DNA of 64,000 nucleotides from Tetramitus jugosus (lineage: Eukaryota > Protista > Heterolobosea): positions 62,001 to 126,000 of the forward strand of contig OW569351.1 in NCBI GenBank assembly GCA_937625935.1, given 5' to 3'. The stretch's first letter is position 1; each line of letters begins with the position of its first letter. The notes under the pieces were generated by a model that worked only from the letters and a program-made list of their open reading frames with translations, was not told where the DNA came from and did no database searches. The translations under genes were made by a program, and so were the position numbers. Shown piece by piece: positions 53,701-64,000 of this stretch.

Positions 53701-56700
53701 GTCCCTTCTTTGAATTATTCATATTCATCCTTTTGGAATTCAAATTATTGTCTAAGGCGAATATTTCTTTCTTTGTACTCGCGAGTTGTTCAAGTAATTC
53801 GTTGCGCCGGGCATCACAGTTATGCTTCCAATCATGGTAAATGTCAAGAAATCGTATCACAAAATCAAAATGAACTTGGAATAATCTCTCCTTAAAACAG
53901 GGTTGATCATATCTTTCATCTCGATCATGATTATACAAAAGCTCTCGGAGAAAAGATAGAGCCTTAACTCTGGTCTGTCTAGATGTGCTTCGTAGGCACT
54001 TGACTAATAGGTCAGTGTACGCCGCATAAATAAAGTGGCCATGACTAGTGGGAGTCACATCATCATTCAAACTTGACAGAACAATTTCGGTTTTAAGAGG
54101 CAAAAATAACATAATGTAGTGCTTGTACGAAAACAACTGTTTGAAAAAAACAAGCTGCATGTCGGTGGAAACATCTTCAGATAACTTGGATATTGAACCT
54201 AGCATGCTATTAAACCTGGCAGCCAACGACAGAACAAAATCTTTTCGCAGAAGCGAAAATAGTTGGACAAAAACCGATGCTATTCCCTCTGTCATGTAAA
54301 TAATCGATGGACTATCAACATTTTTCTTCATATGCCGACCGACAGCACGAAGAAATAGAGCTGACAACTTTTCGTAAAACTCGCTTGAAAATCGATCACC
54401 AACGTCTGAAGAAGTCACTGCATTATATTCACACATAATTGCTTTTAGAAGCGTAGAAAACATAAACCAACAACACTTATCCACAATAGAGCTACTTTGC
54501 TCGATAAATAATCGCATCGCTGAGAGCAACGAAGTAGGATGTTGAAATATGAAATAATACTTCACAAATAAGAGTATAATGTTTGGATCATCAACGCGAC
54601 ACTTGTCAACTAGAGCCATAATTGCTTTGTATGCAACAAGTGATACATCACCTTGATCATTTGATTGCTCCTTAATGATTTGAAATAATTCGCTCAGTAT
54701 CAGTGGGACATAACCATGCAATGATTTTGGTAAATGGGTGATGTGAGCAACGCTACGTTCTAAATCCTCCTTAATTATTTCCGAATAACTGGATACTCGA
54801 TTCATATATGACAACAAGTCACTAATACTATTATGTGCACCGCAAGGGAAGGCTGTCGACCGAAAGGAAAATTGAACATTGAAGCTAGCTCCCTCCATCT
54901 TTTCTGGATTGCTCATATAGTTAGATATGTTTTTTGTTTCATACATATCGAGGATTATTGGATCCAGTTTGAACGATCCATTGGCATGTATCACTGCAGA
55001 CAGTCGCACAAAAGTGTAAGCGACGAGTTCTCGCTTTCCTAATTTTGTGATCGTGCTATCTGTTAGGTTATGCCTATAAAATTTGAAAAGAATATGCGTG
55101 TTTGGTTCGATTGTTGTGGGTAGCTGAAACTTCATCTCTTCACTAAATACTGGCGTTCGACTTGAAAAGGAAATGAAAGACCGACTTGAATTTTCCATAG
55201 CATTCAATGATCCATCAAATACCATCGGATAAAAGGCCAACAGGCCGTTAGTCCTGATGTCCTTGTCAATAAAATGAAGTGAGGCTTCTACTGTAGTGAT
55301 CTTAACATCTCTCGAACCAAAATTAGCAGAGAGAGGATAGATAAGTCCTGTACTCTCCAACTCAATGACCTTTGAACAATCAGGACGTATAGGCTTGATT
55401 CTAATTGCTCGTTGAATATCATTGTCTACACGAATTGCAACTTGATTTGTGGAAACTGTGTGACTGAAAATATCGGGTAACTCACTGATCGAGGTTAAGC
55501 AAAAGCGTACTGTGCCAGGTATAATTTTGAACTTCTTCATATCCGTATTTAAGAAATTGTTAATCAATGTTTTGTCCTGTATGATACCAGATTTCTCATT
55601 CAGCAAGTAGATTTGTGGTATGGATCGCTCTTGGTTCGAAATACTATCATGAAGTGTCGTTAGCGTCCAGGCAAAATAAGAGTAGGTACCCTCACCTTCA
55701 TAGAAGGATTTAGCAGTTTTCAACTTGACACTAAATATGTCCTTTCCTTTCACTGTATCCTTCCGCAAATATAAATCATTTAGTGCTTCATCGTGCTCTC
55801 CTCGAAACTCGCGGCTGAACTTAAACAATAGCACCATTGTGGATGTAATTTTCGAAAGATTAAATACAGACAACATTGAACTGTTGCTGCTTTCTTTGAA
55901 ACTGAATGGAAATGTAAAAGTTTCTGTCACCTTGACTGGATCTGAGTCTGGGCTAACATCGTAGATAGTAACTGAACAATATAGAATTTCCAAAAACTCT
56001 GCACAACTCTCCAACAACTTTAGATGTAATGAGATGGGTTGGAATAAAATATCAGCTCCCATCAAACCTAGATTGGAAGGCAATTGTACATTTTCTAACA
56101 TAGTGTCTGGCGATTCAAAGTTTACCTTCAACGCTCGCTTTTGTTGTGAAACTGGATGTGCTCTCTCCAGCATTTCCAAACCAAAATTTCGCATCTTCTT
56201 GTGATTATAATGGCTCTGCAATGAAGATTGGAATGAATCAAATTCACAGGATAGTAAATCATGATTATTATACTTTGTTACAGTGCTATTTTTCTCGACC
56301 TTATGCTTCTCTTCATTTGGTAGTAGTGTGATGTCAGTTTCGAACAATAATTCACCCATATCTCTCTTTTGAATCGCTGCATTCGCCCTGGATCGCAACC
56401 TCCTCTTTTCGCACACAACAAAATCTTGAGATTGTATTTGAAGGCATTGCCGCACATGATATGGCAACGCATCAATTCTCTTCTCATAAAACCCATCTAG
56501 AATCGATGGTTGATCGTCATTCCACACATTCTTATTATACACATTTTCACTCGATAAGATATTGACCACATATTCTCCATCAAAAGCCTGGGATTTCTGT
56601 TTTTGAAACATGTCATCATTCTGAGTAGCTTCAGATTCTAAAAAGGCGCCATATCCACTCATATTGAGTGACGAATGAGAGCCCAATGAGTGAGAACCGA

Positions 56701-57724
56701 GTGTAAAAAACGAACCATACTCTCGATCATCATCCTCATCGTCATCTTCTTCTTCCTCCGTCTCTCCGTTGTGAAGCTGATTGTTGTCGTCAGATCGACC
56801 ACTATTCTCATAATACTCCAACTGTTGGGTGTCCAAGGACAATAGCGGAGAAGTCGTCGAAGAACGAGATGAAGCAAAGCTCTCCCTAGCACTAGAGCTC
56901 GATCTACGCCGTGTCCCTCTTCCGTTTGAAATTCTCCGTCCAATCACCACCGAATCACTATTGATTTGGTTATTAGTGTCAATGTGATCCTCTGCAATCT
57001 TGATGTCTTTGAACACGGGATACGCATTCCCCCCAGTCAATCGCACACTGATTCGTTTACTTTGGCGATTTTCATCATTTGGACTTTTGGCGCCATTTGA
57101 ATCTACAATTTTTCTGGCGGAAGAAAGCGATCTTTTTCTCGTGGGAGGCGCAGTGGTTGTTGACGTTGACGACGACAACGAATCAGAGCTAGTCGTTTCT
57201 AATCGATACTGTTGCATTTGTTGTCTCAAGTACTGAATCATGGAGTGAGCAAACTGAGAGTGACCACTCTGAATAGCCAAATGAAAGGGCGATAGAGAAC
57301 GACTTGTCGCATCAGTCGTAGCAGTTGATGAAGAATCTACAACGTCAGCACTCCTCTCACACAATATTCGATTAATCTTGTCAATGCTCTTACTCTGTAC
57401 ACACTTGTCAATAATGTAACGACAAGTTTCTTCATTTGCATTCCTGAATGCGAAAGCTATCGGTGTTTCATATTCAGTTGTCTGTTGTTGTTGTTGTTGC
57501 TGTTGTTGATTGTTGTTGTTATCATGATTCTCATGGGTTTTGGATGCTGAAGTGGTTGTTGCTGCGGCCGATGATAATTGAAGAGACTGTAGTTTGACCG
57601 AGGAAACTGCGGTTGTCAGGAAATGAAACCCATTTTGTTCAAAACCATGAATCACATAATCATGCAATGAAAAATGATTGCTAACGTCAGTGTTGCTTGT
57701 GATACTGTTGGTCATGATTGACAT
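50718..57724 (-). CDS. DOCK-family (zizimin-like) Rho GEF with N-terminal ankyrin-like repeats; intron 51975-52048 (2310 aa)
   Basis: DHR-1 PVFSEEMKFQLP..HILFKFY; DHR-2 PELRFIWL, EAAEC, YYRLHFIG, LTPIESAI, LQGSVRAGVNGGP. Confidence 0.9.
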
Positions 57725-58008
57725 GGATTATCTTGTTGTTGTTATTGTGATGGTGATGATTCGTTTTGTTGATAATCCTAGTGATTGAGAATCACAATAA
57801 TGCAAGTGACACTCGAAAGTTGTACGCAGTGTTCTTGTTGAGGTACTGGTTTGTTGTTTGAGATTCCAATGGCGCTTGGGACTCTCAGCAAATGAAAAGC
57901 ATCGATCATAGACTGATGTTTGACGCGATTAAACGGAGGCCCCGAACAGCGGAAGATTGTGAATTGAATCGGGAGGCCTTCCTCTTATTTTATTGGGTGT
58001 GCACTTTC

Positions 58009-58971
58009 CTAAGCAAACATGGGGACACCCCAGAACATTGGATTGATGAATCTGAGGTTCTTGTTGAGTCTGGAAATGGAGTTCATATCTTCCTCGGTCA
58101 ACTCGAAATCAAACACGGTCAAGTTTTGTGTCAAACGATCAGGTGTCACAGACTTTGGAATCACAATGATACCTCTCTGATAGTTCCACCTCAATATGAC
58201 TTGGGCAGCTGACTTGCCATACTTTTCGCCAATCTTGATCAATTGTTCGTCAGTGATTGGAGAGCCGTCTCTTCCTGAACCAAATGGTGAGTATGCAACA
58301 GTTTTGATGTTGGCCAACTCCTTTGCAAAATGAACCACAGATTCATTGTTCAAATAGGGATGAACCTCAATCTGGTTGACTGCTGGTTGAATCTTTGCAT
58401 GTGCACACAGGTCCAACAATGACTGAACAGAGAAATTGGAGACACCAATGGATCGCACCAATCCATCCTCCACCAACTTTTCCATCTGTCTCCAAGTGTC
58501 TTGAATCGTAACAGGGGCCAGTTGTGCCTTGATGCTGGACGATGTGTTCACATTGAGTTTCATCGATTGACTAATATCACTCAAATCCAATCCATTGAAC
58601 TCGAATGCAACGGGCCAATGAATCAAATACAGATCCAAGTACTCCAACTGAAGATCCTTTAGTGTCTTCAAGCACGCTTCTCTTACATGACCATGATGAC
58701 TGTTCCATAGCTTACTCGTCACAAAGAGATCACTTCTCTGAATTGATGTTGCTTGTTTCTCATCAGAAAACAATTCACCAAATGCCTCACCAATCTCCTT
58801 CTCATTGCCATAGAAACTAGCACAATCAATGTGTCTGTAACCGTTGTGAACAGCGTGCAAAACTGTTTGTTTGATGACACCCTTGTCAGCCTTCCAAGTA
58901 CCTAGGCCGAGAGCAGGAATGGAGGTACCATTGTTGAGTTGGACGCTTGGTGCGTAGTGAATATTGGACAT
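58009..58971 (-). CDS. Aldo/keto reductase (AKR1-like)
   Basis: GLGTW, HIDCASFYGNE, TSKLWN, YLDLYLIHWP, IGVSNF, QIEVHPY, IPKS. Confidence 0.97.
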   Translation of the reverse strand: MSNIHYAPSVQLNNGTSIPALGLGTWKADKGVIKQTVLHAVHNGYRHIDCASFYGNEKEIGEAFGELFSDEKQATSIQRSDLFVTSKLWNSHHGHVREACLKTLKDLQLEYLDLYLIHWPVAFEFNGLDLSDISQSMKLNVNTSSSIKAQLAPVTIQDTWRQMEKLVEDGLVRSIGVSNFSVQSLLDLCAHAKIQPAVNQIEVHPYLNNESVVHFAKELANIKTVAYSPFGSGRDGSPITDEQLIKIGEKYGKSAAQVILRWNYQRGIIVIPKSVTPDRLTQNLTVFDFELTEEDMNSISRLNKNLRFINPMFWGVPMFA

Positions 58972-59067
58972 CTATCTTATTTGTTTTGTTTTGCGAAAGC
59001 TTTTTTTTATTTTAGAGAAGCTTCAGGAAATCGAGTTCTTCTGTTACATTGGATTGAAGGGAACTTC

Positions 59068-59130
59068 GCGTCAGACTACTAATGGGTTGTACCATCTCAC
59101 CGATAGGGTGAATAGTTCTTTATCATCCGC
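59068..59130 (-). ncRNA. Candidate box C/D snoRNA
   Basis: GCG-g-ATGATAA ... CTGA-CGC with terminal stem extendable by GAACTT/AAGTTC; box C has one mismatch and no target identified. Confidence 0.3.
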
Positions 59131-59345
59131 TTTAAGTTCGTGATTATATATATGGTGTACTCGACCTTGGACAGGTAGCAAACCACTCACTTGTATTTAT
59201 GCACAAAAAACATTTCTCATGACCTCAGACTCTTGTGGGTCAGAAAAATTTCACACAGCCCGGTGTCGGAAGACGGAATTAGTCATGTGAAAAAAAACTT
59301 CGAGTAGGAAAAACAACAAAAAAGAATCAAAAAGTGAACATCAAA

Positions 59346-60676
59346 ATGCTTCGACAGTCTCTCAAATTACCATATGCTCAGCACAACAAGAGAGCGTTTC
59401 AAAGTGCCAAGAAACAACAAATCTTTTTCTCCACAACTGTAACAACTCAACAAGGTGCCCAATTCTTTAATGTGACGCCTCAAATTGAAGCCAAGGTATG
59501 CAATCATGTCGTTGTTGCCATGGTTCTTGTGTTTTTTTTGCGTGATATCCAATATGTGATGACCATCACAAATAAGCTCACACATGCCTTTTTTTTTGAT
59601 CGTTTTGATTTGCGCGCCAAAAATCTCAGATTGGCCGAAATTTGCATCTACAGGAACAGCACCCCCTGAACATTATCAAGCATCGAATTCAGTCTTGCCC
59701 TTCTCTCAAATCATTCAAGAGCTTTGATACCATTGCTCCAAAGGTCCCAACCAAGCACAACTTTGATCAATTGCTGATACCTGATGATCATGTGACCAGA
59801 AGCTTAACTGACACTTATTACTATGACAAGGAAACTGTGTTGAGAACACACACGACAGCTCATCAAGTTCCACTCCTCTTGGAAGGTCACACTGAATTCT
59901 TGGTCACTGGTGATGTCTACAGGAGAGATGATATTGACTCTACTCATTACCCAGTTTTTCATCAAATGGATGGCGTTAAATTGTTCAATATGAAAGAAAC
60001 GGGAATGACCAGAGACGATATCGTACGAGAGCTCAAGAATGATCTCGAAACAATGATTAAGCACTTGTTTGCAGGCCGTGTGACTCAAATGAAATGGATT
60101 GATGAGTATTTTCCGTTTACGGAGCCAAGTTTTGAGTTGGAGATTGAATTCAATGGACAATGGTTGGAAGTGTTGGGATGTGGTTTGATTCGTGAGTTTA
60201 TTCTGACCAATGCAGGCAAGGACATTACAGAGTATCAAGGATATGCATTTGGATTGGGATTGGAGAGACTTGCAATGATCATGTTTAACATTCCTGATAT
60301 TCGATTGTTTTGGAGTAAGGATGCTCGTTTCCTCTCTCAGTTCTCATCCATTGATGTCAACAATCCAACTGATTTGATATCGTTTAAGCCATATAGCAAG
60401 TATCCTGCATGCTACAAGGACGTTTCATGCTGGTTGCCATCTGAATCATTTGCTGACAACGATCTGTATGAATTGGTGAGAAATGTGGCTGGTGATTTGG
60501 TGGAGTCTGTTAAGATTGAGAGCACATTTGTTCATCCAAAGACAAATCGTTTGAGCAAGTGCTATCGTATCAATTATAGATCAATGGACAGGAATTTAAC
60601 AAATGAAGAGATTGATCAAATTCAATGGAAGCTCAGAGATGCCATGGTTCAAAATTTGGGAATTGAATTAAGATAG
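59346..60676 (+). CDS. FARS2: Mitochondrial phenylalanyl-tRNA synthetase; intron 59496-59629 (398 aa)
   Basis: IGRNLHLQEQHPL, LRTHTTAHQ, GDVYRRDDIDSTHYPVFHQ, YFPFTEPS, GLGLERLAM, C-terminal FDX-ACB domain. Confidence 0.97.
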
Positions 60677-60740
60677 AATAAAAGTTTGATTTTCAATTCG
60701 ATATCTAACATATCGTATGTACATATTTACAGAATAGAGC

Positions 60741-62330
60741 CTATACAGTAAATGTTGTGATTCGACAAAACTTGTGTTCAGATGATGTCTTGTCAGAATA
60801 GTCAAATGTGCACTCCATGAATTGACCATTCTTTGTCACAACATACACAACATTTGGATTGTGTTGATTGAAGCAGCAAATCGACTGACCTTCGATTCCG
60901 TGCATCTTGAATAGTGACGTCTCACTGGTCATTGATGAGGCAAATGACGCCAAATAACCAAATATACCTCCGGAACTCTCTTGAGAGCTGGGGCAAAGAT
61001 CAAAGATATGAAGCGTGCCAGATGAGCTCGTCGAACACAAGTACTTGCTGTCTGAACTAAAATTAATGCAATAGATACCGCTCTGATACGTTCCTCGCTT
61101 CAACTCCTTCCACAGCTCAAATGGCCCAGTGTGAGCCTTGCGTTTAAACAACCGTATCACAGTTCCACGCTCCGAAGCAGTCGCAATGACATTGGCTCCA
61201 TTGTTGATTGTAACCACACGAATCGATGACTCATGCGCCTTCAGTGTCTCTCGAGACACCTCTCGTATGAGTGATCCCATACGACTGTGATCACTCGACG
61301 AGTGAGACATTCTCTTGTTGTGAGTTTTCTTGAGATTGACTGCACTCAACTCTACGACATCGAGGTGACCAGTGTGAGTGACACTTGGAAATGTGAGGAG
61401 CAGCGAAAATGAATCCTGTTCGTCCTCACTGTCCTGATCATTGTCATCATTTTCCTCTGATTCTTCATCATCATCATTATCACTATGATCATCAGAATCA
61501 GAATATGACTCAATGTCTCTTCTCCTACGATGGTTTCTATTGTGATGATCTTGTCTTGTTGGTTGAGTGGTCTGCTTCTGTGGCAGCGTTGGTGGACGTT
61601 GAGCAATTGAACAGAGTCCATTTGGATTGGGTCCTGTTTTTAGCACGAGACATTGGACATAAAAATCAGCACTACTACCACTACTGGCTGTCGTAGGAGG
61701 AGTTTGCTGCTGGTTCGTAGTGTTCACTTGATCATCGTCATGATGATTCTTGCTTTTGCTATGACGGCGCTTTGGAAGACTCTTTCTCCGAGCTCTGCCG
61801 CTCCCACTGCTCTTGATCACCTCCCCTTCATCATTTCTCAATCGTAAATGAACGCTGATTTGATTCTCCGACACTACGCAAAGAATGGCGCCATTTAAAC
61901 AACTCTGACAATTTAGAATGGTGAAGGGTTGGGCCACTTGACTAACGACACGATTCTCTCTCATGTCATAAATGTACAACTGAGGAGACGACTCATTCAA
62001 CAAAGCTAAAAACCGTTGGTTCAACATTTGTAGTGCGTGAACTGTTTCTCCGCCTTGGAACACCTTACGGAACTCTTCTTGGAAAGTTTCGGCGGGAAGC
62101 GGAGAATCTAATTGTTGCGCGTCTTCTATGCCATTGTTGGAGGTTACATTATGATTCGGAGGTGATGACTGAGAAGCCAACGATGAAGATGCATCGAGTT
62201 GATAAATATGTGTCGCACCATTCACTGTTCCAATCTGAACATGAGTCAGATTGCTGTTGAATGAGAGAACAGAAATGTCTGCGGATTGGTCATGCACATG
62301 AGATGATGATGATGATGATGGATCAATCAT
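60741..62330 (-). CDS. PROPPIN / ATG18-WIPI family WD40 protein
   Basis: NPNGLC, AHESSI, ATASERGTVIRLF, ELKRG, SSSGTLHIF. Confidence 0.9.
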   Translation of the reverse strand: MIDPSSSSSSHVHDQSADISVLSFNSNLTHVQIGTVNGATHIYQLDASSSLASQSSPPNHNVTSNNGIEDAQQLDSPLPAETFQEEFRKVFQGGETVHALQMLNQRFLALLNESSPQLYIYDMRENRVVSQVAQPFTILNCQSCLNGAILCVVSENQISVHLRLRNDEGEVIKSSGSGRARRKSLPKRRHSKSKNHHDDDQVNTTNQQQTPPTTASSGSSADFYVQCLVLKTGPNPNGLCSIAQRPPTLPQKQTTQPTRQDHHNRNHRRRRDIESYSDSDDHSDNDDDEESEENDDNDQDSEDEQDSFSLLLTFPSVTHTGHLDVVELSAVNLKKTHNKRMSHSSSDHSRMGSLIREVSRETLKAHESSIRVVTINNGANVIATASERGTVIRLFKRKAHTGPFELWKELKRGTYQSGIYCINFSSDSKYLCSTSSSGTLHIFDLCPSSQESSGGIFGYLASFASSMTSETSLFKMHGIEGQSICCFNQHNPNVVYVVTKNGQFMECTFDYSDKTSSEHKFCRITTFTV

Positions 62331-63356
62331 TTCTATTGTTGTTGTTGTTGTTGATCTGGAGAACAACGGATGAGTTCGCAAGTGGTTGAATATTTGATGG
62401 TGTTTGTTGTTGTTTTTGTTGTGGTGAACCAAATAGGTGCCGTGCGTGTTTGTGTCTGGACGATAGAAGCAAATGCGTTTTTGGGATCAAGTTCAACCAA
62501 ATGTGCGTTCTTTTTTTCTGTCGTGACTGAACTCAAAACGGGCTCTCCGTAAAAGGAACCCACAGAAAATGTAACTGAGGAAGAACTGTTTTTCTGCTTG
62601 GAAGGCGGAGACGTGGAGAATTTTCGTTTGGTTTGCAGAAAATCAGCACGTGAGGGAATGGACGATGGCGTTGAATGCAAACAGACACGGAGCTTGATAA
62701 TTTTTGAATAGAGTCAAAGGCATGATGAAATCAGGCATTGAGCTTCTTAGCTTAGCCAAAACATTGAAACAACGCGGGTGTCGGCTGAATACCCCTGGCT
62801 CTGATTTTTGAATGGATTTCCTAAGACGTTTGACACGTTGTCCCAAGATGGAGCGGAAGAAACAAATAAATCAAGAGTTCGGGCCGACTTCAAACAGCCG
62901 TTTCTAGGGCCAGTCACAGCGCATATGTACCGGCAATCCGGAAACATAACGAAAGCAACTTATAACGCTGCACCTTGTACATTTTCATTTCTCCACTCTC
63001 CATTTCCAGCTTCGAGAACACTGTACTCTGCAACAAGCACACACCTGCAACAACCGTGTTGAAACTGATAGAATTCCACACAACTTATAAAAAACATATC
63101 ACCAAGACGACAACCAAAACAAACCTTCCTTCCTCACGTTGGAACTTCTCTCTCACCCAAGCCTAAAAAAGTCTTCATTCACACGCGCGTGAACAATTCT
63201 CAGGAGAAATTTCCCTTGCACCCCTGAAGGATCCAATCAAACAACGTGAGAGCAGCTTAGAAGAACGATCACCAAAAAAATACCCCCAAGAAGTGACACC
63301 AAACACCACCATCCATTTTTTAACAAACAAAAACACAACAACAACAAACAACAATC

Positions 63357-64000
63357 ATGCTTTTCAAATCACCGAGTGAATCTTTGGTTACTGGAGAGGA
63401 AGAATTTCAGACTTTCAGAAGGCGTCGACAACAAAGCATCGACCACGACAGCAGCATCATTTCCAACACCAATGGTACCACTCCTACTTCCAACAACAAC
63501 ACGAGTAACAACAATAGCATAACAGGATCACCTACGAGAAGCTCTCCACCTCGGTCCACTCCCCCAAAAAAAACAACTCGTGTCTCCACCAAACGATCAT
63601 CCATGAGATTGACACAACAACAACAACAACAGCTATTACTCATGGAATCAACAAAACGAAAGAGAAAAAATACGTTAATCATACCCAAAAACAATAGTGA
63701 TGCTCAGTACATGACTGTCATGTGGACTCATTTACTCAAGAAACAGTTCATGAGCAACAACAATCCACTGGATTTGTTCACAGAGCTCATGAACGATCCT
63801 TTTCATCACACACCTTCTTCATCACCATCCTCACCATCGACAGCTGCTGCAAGTATGATGATGAATGGTAGTAAGCTGCACAGAGAGTATGATCCATGTG
63901 ACTACAGTCCATACTATGAACAATTTTATCAACAGCAAGTCACTGATTTTTTGTCGTCGTCGCCATCGTCATTGGGAACGAGCGCAGAGCAAGCAATGCT
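63357..64000 (+). CDS. 5' part of an unidentified protein, truncated by the window end
   Basis: ATG 63357 after a CAA-rich leader; frame open to the end of the window; Ser/Asn/Gln-rich. Confidence 0.7.
   Translation, partial: MLFKSPSESLVTGEEEFQTFRRRRQQSIDHDSSIISNTNGTTPTSNNNTSNNNSITGSPTRSSPPRSTPPKKTTRVSTKRSSMRLTQQQQQQLLLMESTKRKRKNTLIIPKNNSDAQYMTVMWTHLLKKQFMSNNNPLDLFTELMNDPFHHTPSSSPSSPSTAAASMMMNGSKLHREYDPCDYSPYYEQFYQQQVTDFLSSSPSSLGTSAEQAM

Overview
Gene-dense (about 30 protein genes in 64 kb), intron-poor eukaryotic nuclear DNA with standard genetic code, short GT-AG introns (60-210 nt, mostly GTATGT-like donors) and Asn/Gln-rich low-complexity tracts. The RCC1-repeat, receptor-cyclase and EGF/7TM-RGS families suggest a heterolobosean (Naegleria-like) or similar protist; this is an inference. 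Most genes are housekeeping (RPL4, PSMB3, BRF1, mitochondrial EF-G2, FARS2, DHX57-like, FLCN, DOCK, WIPI/ATG18, GPCPD1, DDAH, AKR, PAQR, SMSr). The best non-routine signals are: (1) a 203-bp, highly structured, poly(A)-tailed insertion with a perfect 15-bp flanking duplication whose 5' end lies 45 bp upstream of a tRNA-Val(AAC) gene, the geometry of tRNA-gene-targeted non-LTR retroelements; (2) a membrane/signal-anchored filamin + PH-like module resembling AREL1, fused to a cullin C-terminal domain instead of HECT; (3) a 2340-aa lectin/EGF/propeller-GPS-7TM-RGS receptor; (4) a tail-anchored tandem-lipoyl protein with no catalytic domain and two apparent 1-nt frameshifts; (5) a bacterial-type HDAH deacetylase; (6) a small PPR protein with highly-expressed-type codon usage. 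Family assignments come from recognised motifs only; no database search was run.
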